A stretch of 64,000 nucleotides of DNA from an uncultured delta proteobacterium (GCA_963840855.1 CAWJBB010000055.1:12227-76226); one strand, 5' to 3'; shown: positions 28,964 through 39,384, counted from the first letter of the stretch. The notes: a model not told the origin generated them from the sequence alone. A program made the numbers and translations.

Positions 28964-30445
28964 ATGACATCACCAGAACAAACCATACACACCGATGAAG
29001 GCAATCTGCCGCGTCCCTACAACGACGTGAGGGAATGGCTCGACCTCGTCGAATCGATGGGTGAGCTCAAGCGCGTCGATGGCGCCGACTGGAATCTCGA
29101 GATCGGCACGATGGCGGAGCTTATCTATCGTGAGCGCGGCGGCACCATTCCGGCGTTGCTGTTCGACCGCATCACGGGTTACCCCGAAGGGTTTAGAATT
29201 CTTTTCGGCCAGCAGACTTCCTACCGGCGTCTCGCGCTCATGGCCGGCTTGCCGATGGACAGCGTGGGGCTGAAGCTGGTCAGCCGGTTTAAAGATAAGC
29301 TCAACACGCTCCGGCCGATTCCGCCGCGGATAGTTACGACGGGACCGGTTTTCGAAAACAAGATGGCCGGCGATCAGATCGACGTGCTCAAATTTCCCGC
29401 GCCCAAAGTTCACGAGTTGGACGGCGGCCGATTTATCGGCACGGCTTGCATCGCGGTCACGCGCGATCCAGAGGAAGGCTGGCTCAACCTCGGCACCTAC
29501 CGGGCGATGGTGCATGACGCGAAATCCGTGGGTCTTTTCATGTCGTCCGCGGGCAAGCATGGACGCATGCACATGGAAAAATATTTCAAACAAGGAAAGC
29601 CTTGCCCGGTTGTCTTGTGCGTCGGCCAAGACCCACTGCTGCTTCTGGCCGCGGGCAATCCAATTGAGTTAGGTTATTCCGAGTACGATTACTGCGGCGG
29701 CATCAGAGGCAGACCCTTCGATCTCGTCAAAGGGGAAGTTACCGGTTTGCCCTTTCCTGCCCACACCGAGATCGCCATCGAGGGATTTCTTCATCCGGGA
29801 GACATCAAGCCCGACGGGCCCTTCGGCGAGTGGCTCGGTTACTACGGCACCCGAATGGAAGATACGCCGGTGCTCCGGATCGAACGGATTTATTATCGCA
29901 ACGACCCGATCTTATGCGTCGCGCGCCCGGGGCGCCCGCCGACGGATTACTCGCTCTCCAAAGGCATGATTCGCGCCGCTCAACTATGGGATCGCGTCGA
30001 AAAAGCCGGCTTGCCCAACGTAAAGGGCGTCTGGTCCCTCGAATCCGGCATCGGTAGTCTGTTTAACGTCATCTCGATCAAACAAGCCTATCCCGGCCAC
30101 TCCCGCCAGGCGCTCTTTCTCGCGTCTCAGTCCCTCGGCGGCGCCTACAACGGGCGCTTCGTCGTAGTAGTCGATGAAGACATCGATCCGACGAGCGAAT
30201 TCGACGTGCTCTGGGCGATGGCGACACGCTGCGACCCCGAACAAGCGGTCGAAATCATCCGCCGCGCGGCGAGCGGTTCGCTGGACGTCTGCATTCCACC
30301 CGAGAACAAAGGGCACAGCTCGCGCTGTCTGATTGACGCCTGCATGCCCTACGAACGCCGGCATCAGTTCCCGCCCATCGCCGAATCGAGCGAGGAGCTA
30401 AAAAACCAAATCCGCGCGAAATGGAAAGCCACGATCTATGAATAA
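28964..30445 (+). CDS. UbiD family (de)carboxylase
   Basis: P..HELDGGRFIGT, NLGTYR, GPFGEWLGYY, VVVDEDID, VLWAMATRCDP. Confidence 0.93.
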   Translation: MTSPEQTIHTDEGNLPRPYNDVREWLDLVESMGELKRVDGADWNLEIGTMAELIYRERGGTIPALLFDRITGYPEGFRILFGQQTSYRRLALMAGLPMDSVGLKLVSRFKDKLNTLRPIPPRIVTTGPVFENKMAGDQIDVLKFPAPKVHELDGGRFIGTACIAVTRDPEEGWLNLGTYRAMVHDAKSVGLFMSSAGKHGRMHMEKYFKQGKPCPVVLCVGQDPLLLLAAGNPIELGYSEYDYCGGIRGRPFDLVKGEVTGLPFPAHTEIAIEGFLHPGDIKPDGPFGEWLGYYGTRMEDTPVLRIERIYYRNDPILCVARPGRPPTDYSLSKGMIRAAQLWDRVEKAGLPNVKGVWSLESGIGSLFNVISIKQAYPGHSRQALFLASQSLGGAYNGRFVVVVDEDIDPTSEFDVLWAMATRCDPEQAVEIIRRAASGSLDVCIPPENKGHSSRCLIDACMPYERRHQFPPIAESSEELKNQIRAKWKATIYE

Positions 30446-30507
30446 AAGTTTTCGCGGATTGCGCAAATTTTCTGGGGATCTGGAATACTCGAACCTGGGG
30501 AATTGAC

Positions 30508-30665
30508 TCCCGCCAAGGCGCAAAGCACGCCAAGTTCGGAGGGAAGAGATGAATTATCTTGGAGAATTTTTCACCGTTATTTTCCGACCTTCGCGACCTT
30601 TGCGCCTTTGCGCGAGATATTCCGGCTTTTGGTTGCGGCTATGTCGCGCTGTGCTCTTTGTGGTT
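30508..30665. repeat. Family A inverted pair without cargo plus a GGTTGCGGC..GCGCT unit
   Basis: tcccgccaaggcgcaaagcacgccaag (30508-30534) versus cttcgcgacctttgcgcctttgcgcgaga (30589-30617). Confidence 0.8.
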
Positions 30666-31595
30666 AATTTTATTCCTTCGTGTCTTTCCGCGCAGGAGCC
30701 GCTGCGGGCCGGAACCATCTTCAGCGCCACTCAGGCGCCGCTTTGGGCGGCTAGAGAAGGCCGCTACTTCGAGAAGTACGGAATAAAGAACCTGGAAGTG
30801 ATCCAGTTTTCCGGCGGCCAACCGGTGACCCGAGCACTGATCGGCGGGGACATTCAAATCAGCACCACCGGCGGCGCCGCGGTGGTCAACGCCCGGCTGA
30901 AGGGCGCCGATACAATAATCATCGCCAGAACCGTCGGCGTATTTCCGTATACGTTCTACGTCAGCAAGGAAATCCGCGACCCGTCGGAGCTAAAAGGGAA
31001 GAAGCTCGCGGTGAACACGGTGGGCGGCTCAGGCTACGTCGCCATGCAGTATGCTCTTAGAAAACTCGGCTTGGACCCCGACAAAGACGTCGCGATGTTG
31101 CAGGTGGGTGACTTCGGCACCCGCCTCGCGTCGCTGGCGGCCGGAACGGTTCAAGGAACTTTGCTCCTTCCGCCTTTTACGTTGCGCGCGAAAGAACTTG
31201 GTCTGAAGCCCCTTTACGATATGGTGGGCAGCGGCATCCAATACCCGATCAATCAAATCACCACGCGGCAATCCTTCATCAAGTCGCAGCGCGAAACAGT
31301 GAAGAATTTCATGAGAGGTTTTGTCGCGGGCCTTGCGAAATTTCGCACGGACCGGGAATTTGGCTCGCGGGTGTTGGCCAAGAATCTGCGCGAAAGCGAC
31401 CCGAAAATTCTTCAAGAGACCTATGAGTTCTGGTTGAAAGTTTTTCCGCGAGTCCCCAACCCAGGCCCCGAAGACGCCACGGTTTTCTTGGAGCTCATGC
31501 AAGTCAAAGAGCAGCGCGACTGGAAAGACTTCGTCGACACGAGTGTCATGGACGAACTGGAGCGCGAAGGATTTCTGACCGCCGTCTACAAGTGA
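30549..31595 (+). CDS. NMT1/TauA-like substrate-binding protein; N-terminus overlaps repeats
   Basis: PLWAAREGRYFEKYG, LKGKKLAV, LGLDPDKDV, FVD.S...ELEREGF. Confidence 0.85.
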   Translation: MNYLGEFFTVIFRPSRPLRLCARYSGFWLRLCRAVLFVVNFIPSCLSAQEPLRAGTIFSATQAPLWAAREGRYFEKYGIKNLEVIQFSGGQPVTRALIGGDIQISTTGGAAVVNARLKGADTIIIARTVGVFPYTFYVSKEIRDPSELKGKKLAVNTVGGSGYVAMQYALRKLGLDPDKDVAMLQVGDFGTRLASLAAGTVQGTLLLPPFTLRAKELGLKPLYDMVGSGIQYPINQITTRQSFIKSQRETVKNFMRGFVAGLAKFRTDREFGSRVLAKNLRESDPKILQETYEFWLKVFPRVPNPGPEDATVFLELMQVKEQRDWKDFVDTSVMDELEREGFLTAVYK

Positions 31596-31684
31596 GAGCG
31601 TTCTTCGCCAGGTTCTTGTGTCCCGATTCGATGATAAGCCCTTAAAGGGAATCCATCGTTTGGCAAACGATATAAGGGGCAATC

Positions 31685-32638
31685 GTGAGCCGTTCAATGA
31701 CTAATATATTGATGATTTTGCTCACATTCCTATCTTTTCCCGGGTCGGTCGACGCGGCGGACAAGGTTCGAATCAGCATCTCCAACTTGAGCGGCCAGTT
31801 TATGACTTTCCCTCTGGCGCACAAAAGAGGCTTCCTCAAAGAAGAGGGCATCGAAGCCGAGATTATCCGGGTCACCGGTGGAGCGGGCAGCGCGGCGTTG
31901 AGCAGCGGAGATTTGGACTACGGTACTGGTATGGCGGTCGGAGGCGCGATGACCGGACTACCCGTCAAGGTGGTGGCCTGCTTTGTGCCGGCTCCTGTTC
32001 TCGCGCTGGTTGCACGGGCTGAGGTCAGGTCAATCCACGAACTCAGGGGCAAGACAGTGGGGATTTCGACCTTTGGCGGTGTCTCGATTTTCGCGGCGCG
32101 GGTCATGGCCAAGCATTTCGGGCTTGATCCCGATAAGGATATGAAGTTTGTCGCCGTCGGCGCAGTCGAGGCTCGCTTTATCAGGCTCACCCAGGGCTTG
32201 ATTGATGCGGCCATACTGGCTCCCCCGTTGGATTCCGAGGCGAAGAAGCGGGGCTTCAACATTCTCGCCAAGGCTGAGGATATACTCATCTTCCCCGAGA
32301 CGGGTTTGGTAGCCGGCGTGAAGAAAATCCAGGACAAGCCGGATGAAATCAAGCGCGTCATCAAGGCGGGCATCAAGGCCAACCGCTATATTCGCGGCAA
32401 TCGCGACGGAACCATTCAGTTCATCATGGAGTGGCTAAAGGTCAGTAAAGAGGTCGCCGCGGCTACCTACGACGGTGTGGCCAAAGTCTACAATGAGGAT
32501 CCAAGCGTTTGTGAAAAAGGACTGCGCGTGACGATTGAAGAGAGAAAGCAGGCCTTGAAGATCAACCGGGATGTTCCCCTCAGCGAAGTCGCTGACCTCT
32601 CACTTATCAGAGAGGCGCTGAGGGAATTGCAAAAATAG
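31685..32638 (+). CDS. NMT1/TauA-like substrate-binding protein
   Basis: Signal peptide; GFLKEEGI, LRGKTVG, GLDPDKD. Confidence 0.85.
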   Translation: MSRSMTNILMILLTFLSFPGSVDAADKVRISISNLSGQFMTFPLAHKRGFLKEEGIEAEIIRVTGGAGSAALSSGDLDYGTGMAVGGAMTGLPVKVVACFVPAPVLALVARAEVRSIHELRGKTVGISTFGGVSIFAARVMAKHFGLDPDKDMKFVAVGAVEARFIRLTQGLIDAAILAPPLDSEAKKRGFNILAKAEDILIFPETGLVAGVKKIQDKPDEIKRVIKAGIKANRYIRGNRDGTIQFIMEWLKVSKEVAAATYDGVAKVYNEDPSVCEKGLRVTIEERKQALKINRDVPLSEVADLSLIREALRELQK

Positions 32639-32668
32639 CTTCCCGTTTCACAACAGGAGGGTACAAGC

Positions 32669-33775
32669 ATGCCGCCCGTAGAACAAGACAAGCTTAAACG
32701 CTCTGGAATTGGACTGCGCGCATGCGATCACGAGCGCGCCTTTCCCGGCTACACATTGTTTGCGCCGCAAAGCGGCGGTGGCAAGGTTTACCTTATCGAC
32801 CTTGATGGTAACCCCGTCCACACTTGGCAGATGCCCTATCCTCCCGGCAACTATGGCTATCTCACGGAACGAGGCACCCACTTTTATAACGGCCAGATCA
32901 CCGAGGACTCGAAGCGCTTTATCAGCAAAAAACCCTGGAAAGGCGGCGTGGCCCTCGAAGCGGATTGGAACGGCCGCGTCCTTTGGGAAGTGCGCCACGC
33001 GGACCACCATCACGATGGCATACGACTTCGAAACGGCAATGTACTGTTAATTTGTGTAGCTCACCTGCCGCAGCATCTTGTTGCACGGGTTAAAGGCGGC
33101 CGGGCCGGCACCGAGCACAACGGCGAGATGTATGCGGACTACCTCGTCGAGATGACGACCGATGGACGAGCCATGTGGGAATGGCGTTCCTGGGAGCACC
33201 TCGATCCGGAAACTGATTGCATCACGGCGACACAAGATGAGCGGGAAGACTGGACCCATGCTAACGGTCTCGCCGAGCTGCCGGACGGCGATATTGTCGT
33301 GAGCTTTCGTCACATCTCGACCGTCATCATCATTGACCGTAAATCCGGAAACATTATTTGGAAGCTCGGCGCCCCGCCGCTATCCGGCCAGCATGCGCCG
33401 ATGCCGCTTCCGAATGGCAACCTCTTGCTCTTCGACAACGGCCCGCACCGGCTTGATCATACGATGACGTTTTCGCGCATCATCGAAGTTGAATTGGCGA
33501 CCAAGCGAATCGTTTGGAAATATCAAGAGAAGCGGGAGTATGAATTTTACAGCCCGCGCATGTCCAATGCACAAAGGTTACCCAACGGCAACACGCTCAT
33601 TTGCGAGGCGGACTTCGGGCGCCTCTTCGAGGTCACAAGCACAGGCGAATTGGTTTGGGAATACGTCAATCCCTATTTCGGCGAAGGGCCCAACGGAGCA
33701 AACAATCGCGTCTTTCGCGCCTACAGATATAGCGCCGAGGAGATCGCGAGAGCGAAAGCGACTGGAGGCGCGTGA
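32669..33775 (+). CDS. Arylsulfotransferase (ASST)-like beta-propeller, no signal peptide
   Basis: GYTLFAP, HHHDG, WTHAN, GQH, FDNG, AQRLPNGNTLICE, VFRAYRY. Confidence 0.85.
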   Translation: MPPVEQDKLKRSGIGLRACDHERAFPGYTLFAPQSGGGKVYLIDLDGNPVHTWQMPYPPGNYGYLTERGTHFYNGQITEDSKRFISKKPWKGGVALEADWNGRVLWEVRHADHHHDGIRLRNGNVLLICVAHLPQHLVARVKGGRAGTEHNGEMYADYLVEMTTDGRAMWEWRSWEHLDPETDCITATQDEREDWTHANGLAELPDGDIVVSFRHISTVIIIDRKSGNIIWKLGAPPLSGQHAPMPLPNGNLLLFDNGPHRLDHTMTFSRIIEVELATKRIVWKYQEKREYEFYSPRMSNAQRLPNGNTLICEADFGRLFEVTSTGELVWEYVNPYFGEGPNGANNRVFRAYRYSAEEIARAKATGGA

Positions 33776-33816
33776 TGAAAAACACTATTGCCACCGGCCA
33801 TCCACTCTTTTTATCC

Positions 33817-34023
33817 TCACGCCAAGCCTGTCCAGAGCAAGTCGAAGGGACGCCAAGAATGCCAAGTGACGGGCCAAAACCCGTTATCCCGAGCGAATGC
33901 GAGGGATCTAAGAAAGATTTCTCCCGACGTTTATCCTGAGCTTGCCGAAGGGGTCGATGACAAAGCGTTCCTTTGCGCCTTTGCGCGAGATATTTCGGCT
34001 TTAGTTGCGGCTCGCCGCGCTAG
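33817..34023. repeat. Nested composite of repeat families A, C and D
   Basis: tcacgccaag[cctgtccagagcaagtcgaaggg]acgccaagaatgccaag ... gttatcccgagcgaatgcgagggatct ... ctttgcgcctttgcgcgaga. Confidence 0.78.
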
Positions 34024-34088
34024 ATCTCTATGGTAAATACTCCTTTACAGTAAACCTGGAAGAACCAAAGTTTTTAAGGAGCAATCAC

Positions 34089-35042
34089 ATGGCATTGAAA
34101 CTATTTATGAGCTGCGGTCCCTACGACCGCGCCAAGGCGCTAATCGACGGCGCTGTGAAGCCGGAAGGCATCGATCTCGAAGTTTATGTCAACCCGGATC
34201 CGGGCCGGCACACAGAGGTCGACGGCAGGGAATTCGATATCGCCGAGTTTTACTCCGGCCTCTACATCGCCGACCTGCACTACAAATCCCTCGGCTACAC
34301 TGCGATTCCGATTTTCGTCAAGCGGATGTTTCGCCACTCCTACATTTATATCAATAAGCGAGCGGGAATCCGCTCACCCGCCGACTTGAACGGGAAGCGC
34401 ATCGGCGTGCAAAACTGGCTGACAACGACGGCGGTGTGGGCGAGAGGTCTCCTCGAAGACGAGTACGGTCTCGACCAAAAATCCGTTACCTGGTTTACTG
34501 AACGGATGCGAAGCGTGGGGCAATGGAAGCCTCCGGCGTGGCTCAAGATGGAGCTTATACCTCAGAGTCGCACTCAGTTTGATCTACTCGCCGCCGGCGA
34601 AATTGATGCCGGCATTACCACTGAAACATGGGCGCCCAACGTTCACCCCGACATCGATTTTTTGTTTCCCAATTACGCCGAGCTGGAGCGGGAGTATTTC
34701 AAGCGCACCGGTTTCTTCCCGATCATGCACACCTTGCTGATCAAAACTTCGCTCCTGGAGCAAAATCCCTGGGTGGCGATGAGCATGTTCAACGCCTGGG
34801 AAGAATCGAAACGGAAATGCTACGAGTGGCTCGAATGGCAACGCGTGCATCAGACTTCGCTCTGGTACCGAGCGTTGTGGGAGGAAGAGCAGGCCGTCGC
34901 GGGTCCCGATATTTATCTCTGGGGCTTTCAAAAAACCCGGCCCGAGGTCGACAAGTTACTGGATTACTGTTATCGCCAGGGCCTGACGACGCGCAAATTC
35001 GCACCTGAGGAGATGTTTCACCCGAGCACGCTGAAAACGTGA
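34089..35042 (+). CDS. 4,5-dihydroxyphthalate decarboxylase-like protein
   Basis: CGPYDR..ALIDG.V, AIPIF..R.FRHS.IYIN, AVWARGLL..EYG, YFKRTGFFPIMH, EEMF. Confidence 0.82.
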   Translation: MALKLFMSCGPYDRAKALIDGAVKPEGIDLEVYVNPDPGRHTEVDGREFDIAEFYSGLYIADLHYKSLGYTAIPIFVKRMFRHSYIYINKRAGIRSPADLNGKRIGVQNWLTTTAVWARGLLEDEYGLDQKSVTWFTERMRSVGQWKPPAWLKMELIPQSRTQFDLLAAGEIDAGITTETWAPNVHPDIDFLFPNYAELEREYFKRTGFFPIMHTLLIKTSLLEQNPWVAMSMFNAWEESKRKCYEWLEWQRVHQTSLWYRALWEEEQAVAGPDIYLWGFQKTRPEVDKLLDYCYRQGLTTRKFAPEEMFHPSTLKT

Positions 35043-35249
35043 CACAAAATCCCTCCTAACCTCCCTATACAAAAGGGAGGAAAGAACAGCTCTGAGCTTG
35101 CATCCCCTTTACGACGCGCGCGTATGCGTTGATTATTATCCCCCTTTGAAAAAGGAGAAGCTGGGAAAAAATTGAAAAATGTCTTGTCATAGCTAAATAA
35201 CAATGCAAAAGTCGACTCCAGAATCATTTCGTCGAGCGGAGGTGCTTTG

Positions 35250-35454
35250 CATGGGATATCTAACCGAGGTCCAAGTGGTCGAACGGGCCAACGGGCAGCG
35301 ACAATTCTATCTGATATGTCCGGCGCCTTTGGCTAAAGCTCTCGAGAGGGAGAAAGGTGAGAGCATTGAGTGGGTGATTGAGAATAAGTGGATCCTTCGC
35401 ATAACACGCACTGAAGCTCGAAGGGCGTCGCGGAGCTCGCATGCAAAACGATAA
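35250..35454 (+). CDS. Small AbrB-like accessory protein inside the IS
   Basis: MGYLTEVQVV...FYLICPAPLAKALE.EKGE.IEW pattern resembles AbrB/MazE folds; GGAGG upstream. Confidence 0.55.
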
Positions 35455-36990
35455 AGCTCTGGAGAGATCTAAGACGCAGAAGGTGGCGTCTTGGTTGCGC
35501 TGCAAGCCCGTGGAGCGCAATCAACTGTTGTTGCGGGCGGTCGATGTGGAGAAGCTGGTGGGCGAAGAGCATGCGGTGCGAGCGATCTGGGAGTTGGTGG
35601 GTCAGTTGGATCTCACCCGGTACTACAGCGAGATTGGCGCCTTGGAAGGGCAAGCCGGCCGGCCGGTGTGGGATCCTCGGGTACTGATCAGTTTGTGGAT
35701 TTATGCCTATAAGGACGGGGTCAGTTCGGCGCGTGAGATTGCGCGTTTGTGTGAGTTTGATCCGGCCTATCAGTGGCTGACGGGGATGGAGGTGGTCAAT
35801 TATCACACGCTGGCGGATTTCCGCATTGAATACGAGCAGGCGCTCAACGGCTTGTTTGTCGAAGTGTTGGGAGTGCTCAGCGACCAGGGACTGGTCACGC
35901 TTAAGCGGGTCATGCACGATGGGACCAAGATCAAGGCTTGCGCATCGGAGAAGAGTTTTCGGCGCAAACAAACCCTGGAGGCTCATCTTAAAGAGGCTGA
36001 GGAGCAGGTTAAAGCGATGGGAGATCCGCTCTCGGAAAAACTCAGTCAGCGGGTTTTTCGGGCGCGCCAGCGAGCGTTGCGCGAGAAGCAGGAGCGGCTT
36101 AAAGAGGCCCTTCGGGAGTTGGCGCAACTTAAGGCTACGCAGTGCGAGACAGCGCAGGATGAGCCCACAGAACAGGCAAAGAAAAAAGCAGCACGTGCCA
36201 GTAGCACCGACCCGCAGGCGCGCGTGATGTTGGGGGCCAAAGGGGCTTATGGGCCAGGCTACAACATCCAGATTTCCACCGACGCTCAGGCTAAGATCAT
36301 CGTAGCAATGGGCGTGATGCAGTCCTCTAGCGACGCGGGGGAATTGGCAGGAGCCGTAGAACGAATCGAAGCGAATCTTGGGCAAAAGCTCGGGCTGAAG
36401 GTGGTGGACGCAGCTTACTCGACGCACCAGGCCATTGAGGCGATGGCAGACAAAGAGATTGATTTGATTGGACCGCTGAGAGAGGGAAAAAAGATCCGTG
36501 GAATGATCCATTGAAACGTCGCGGTATTAGTCCAGAGTTTTATCCCGAGGCCTTTGGCTATGATCCGAGTACTGACCATTACCGGTGTCCGGCAGAAAAG
36601 CTGCTTAGTTTTGAAACCGAGGAACGAAAGCCCGGTTGGGTGAGTCGTCGCTACCGGGCGCGACTGGCGGATTGTCGCAGCTGTCCTTTTCAGGCGCAAT
36701 GTTGTCCCAAGACCAAAAAGGGACGTTCCTTGCTGCGTATGAAGAAGACGGCTCCACTGATGGCCTTTGAAGCGAAGATGCAGACCGAACAGGCGCAAAA
36801 GATCTATAAGCAGCGAGCCGGGGTCGCGGAGTTTCCCAATGCCTGGATTAAAGAGAAGTTTGGTTTGCGCCAGTTTCGCTTGCGCGGTGTGGTTAAGGTG
36901 GGACTGGAATCTCTTTGGGCCTGTCTCACCTACAATATTTGCCAGTGGGTGCGGCTTTGCTGGAAACCCCGGCGGTTGGCTCAAGCTTAG
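35441..36990 (+). CDS. IS1182 family transposase, split by a -1 frameshift near 36490
   Basis: GRPVWDP, SSAREIARLC, NYHTLADFR, HDGTKIKA, TDPQARVM, GYNIQ, DAAY; second part CPA, C..CP...QC, YKQR...AEFP..WIK. Confidence 0.9.
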
Positions 36991-37245
36991 AGGAGACTCG
37001 GACAAACAAACCCGGTGGCGTCCATTGGGGCCGCAATACAGAGCTAGTGAGGGATCAATGATGGCTTAAAACTATTCATGACTGATAGGGCGTCGAAAGT
37101 CCATCGCAAAAAAATCGCATGCAGCGAATCGAACCTCTGTTGTCGTAAAATTTTTTCAAGTTCGGAGGGGGACCAAGGGGGATTTGAACCACATCAGATA
37201 CCGCCGCTGTTTGTGAGTCACAAGCCCACAGGATCATAACAAATC

Positions 37246-39233
37246 ATGCTACTCGACTTGTCATTCGACGACGAGAGCCCTTCGCCAACGGCCATGAATT
37301 TCCCATCACCGGCGCCTACGAGAAACTGGTCGGCAAAATCTATGGCGAGGTCGATCCGAAGAATAGGCTCAACAAGATGATCGTGAATCTCGACAAGGCG
37401 CCGCGCAACCGCCGCGGCAGAGTCGAGTATTCGAGCGACTTCTGCATCTTGAAGCCGTTGGACATGGCGCGGGGAAGCGGCAAGATATTTTTTGACGCCC
37501 CCAACCGCGGCGGCAAGCGCATTGTCGCGTTCTTCAACGACGCGCCGCAGAGCAACGACCCGGCGACACTGGAAGACGCCGGCAACGGTTTTCTGATGCG
37601 CCGAGGCTACGCCATTGTCTGGTGCGGCTGGCAGGGCGATCTTATGCCGGTCAAAAACTGGCTGGTACTGAATGTTCCCGTTGCGACCAATAATGGCAAA
37701 GAGATCATCCGTCAAACCCGCACTGAAATCGTCGTCGATGAAAAAGGCGTCAAGTCCCAGCCGCTCAGCGGCGATGACCGCGTCAAGAGCTACGAAGCGG
37801 CGTCACGGGACAAATTAATCGCTTCGCTCACCGTTCGCGAGAAATCTTACGGACCAAGAATTCCCATACCGCCATCGGAATGGGAATTTGCCAGTTGTGT
37901 TAAAGATTCACGCTCCGGCAAAGAAACGATCAAATCCAGCGGCAAGCATCTTTACCTTCGCGCCGGCTTCAAGCCGGGGCATATCTATGAATTCGTTTAT
38001 GCCGCGAAGAATCCCTTGGTCCTAGGTTTGGGATTCGCTGCTGTGCGTGATCTCGTTTCGTTCTTGCGTTACCAAAGGAAAGACTCGGCTGGCCGCCTCA
38101 ATCCCCTCGCAACGGATAGAAAAACTTCTGGCATCCGATACGCGTATGGTTGGGGCCGCTCGCAGAGCGGCCGATTCCTCCGCGACCTCCTTTATCACGG
38201 CTTCAATGGAGACGAGGCGCATAGAAAAGTTTTGGACGCGATCGCGCCGCATGTGGCGGGGGGCGGGCGCTTGTTTTTGAATTATGAGTTCGCCCGCCCC
38301 GTCACTTCCTCGCAGCAGCACACAAACCAACTTGACCCCGAACTTTTCCCCCACGCTTACAACGTTTTGAAAGACGCGCATACCGGACGACGCGACGGCA
38401 TTCTCAAGCGTCCAAGAACCGACCCGGTGGTTTTCCACACCCAAACGTCGACTGAGTACTGGCAGAAGCGGGCTTGCCTGGCGCATACCGATGGCAAAGG
38501 TCGCGACATCACGCTCCCGGAAAATGTCCGGCTCTACGTCATCGCCAGCGCCCAGCACAACAGTCCCTTCGGTTCCGAAGCCGTCAAAGAAGACACCCAG
38601 CAGCGAATCAATCCGTTGCCCGCCGGCGACGCGCTGCGCGCTCTGATGGTCGCCATGGATCTGTGGGTTACTCAAGGAATTTCGCCGCCGCCGAGCCAGT
38701 ATCCGAGAGTGAGTGACGGGACTCTGGTGCGTCCGGATCGAAGAAGCACCGGATTCCCAAATGTTCCTGGCGTTCGCTACTTCGGGTTTCACAACCGTCA
38801 ACTCTTTCTCGATTACGGTCCGAACATAAGTCGCGGGCGGCTAGGCGTTCATCCTCCACGGCCAAGCGCCAACGGCGCCTACGCGATTCTCGTTCCGAAG
38901 GTCGACAAAGACGGCAACGACGTCGCAGGCATTCGTTTGCCGGCGATTCAAGTCCCCGTCGGCACCTATACAGGGTGGAATTTGCGCCCCCGCGGCCTCG
39001 CTGAAGATGAGTTGTCAGGCTTGCTCGGATCGTATATACGGTTTGCCAAAACACGATCGCAGCGCAAACAACTCGGCGACCCGCGCGGATCGATCGAAGA
39101 GCGCTACAAAGATCGGGCGGACTACGTGCGGCAAGTCAGCCGCGCAGCAAGATTTCTCGTGGAGCAACGATATCTGCTTCCAGACGACGCAGAGCGCATT
39201 ATCAAGGAAGCGAGTAAGCATCGATTGAGGTAG
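37246..39233 (+). CDS. Alpha/beta hydrolase domain protein (Abhydrolase_10-like), cytoplasmic; frameshift just after the ATG
   Basis: Reading frame extends upstream of 37377 as TRLVIRRREPFANGHEF; GRSQSGRFLRD elbow; VDKDGN..AGIRLP; SIEERY. Confidence 0.82.
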
Positions 39234-39258
39234 TCAGGTTGTGAATGATTAGAAGGCG

Positions 39259-39338
39259 AGATTCCTCACTCCGTTCGGGATGACATCGCACGGAGAATAA
39301 CAACACGAATATGGCATTCCGAGCAAAGCGAGGAATCT
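39259..39338. repeat. Family D inverted pair
   Basis: agattcctcactccgttcgggatgac ... cattccgagcaaagcgaggaatct. Confidence 0.75.
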
Positions 39339-39384
39339 CGACTTTCGCACAAAAATTAGCGCTGATTTGTAATCGGAGGTCGCC

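Larger units (their letters stand above)
35156..37165 (+). mobile_element. IS1182-family insertion sequence inserted into a family E hairpin
   Basis: AGG duplication at 35153-35155 and 37166-37168; imperfect ends AGAAGCTGGGAAAAAATT / AATTTTTTCAAGTTCGG; encloses the transposase. Confidence 0.78.

Noticed and set aside
35333-36511. 392-aa antisense ORF over the transposase, and other long shadow ORFs (e.g. 6275-7330, 22331-23488, 27962-28876)
   Set aside because: They overlap well-supported genes, have no recognisable motifs, and are expected in GC-rich DNA.
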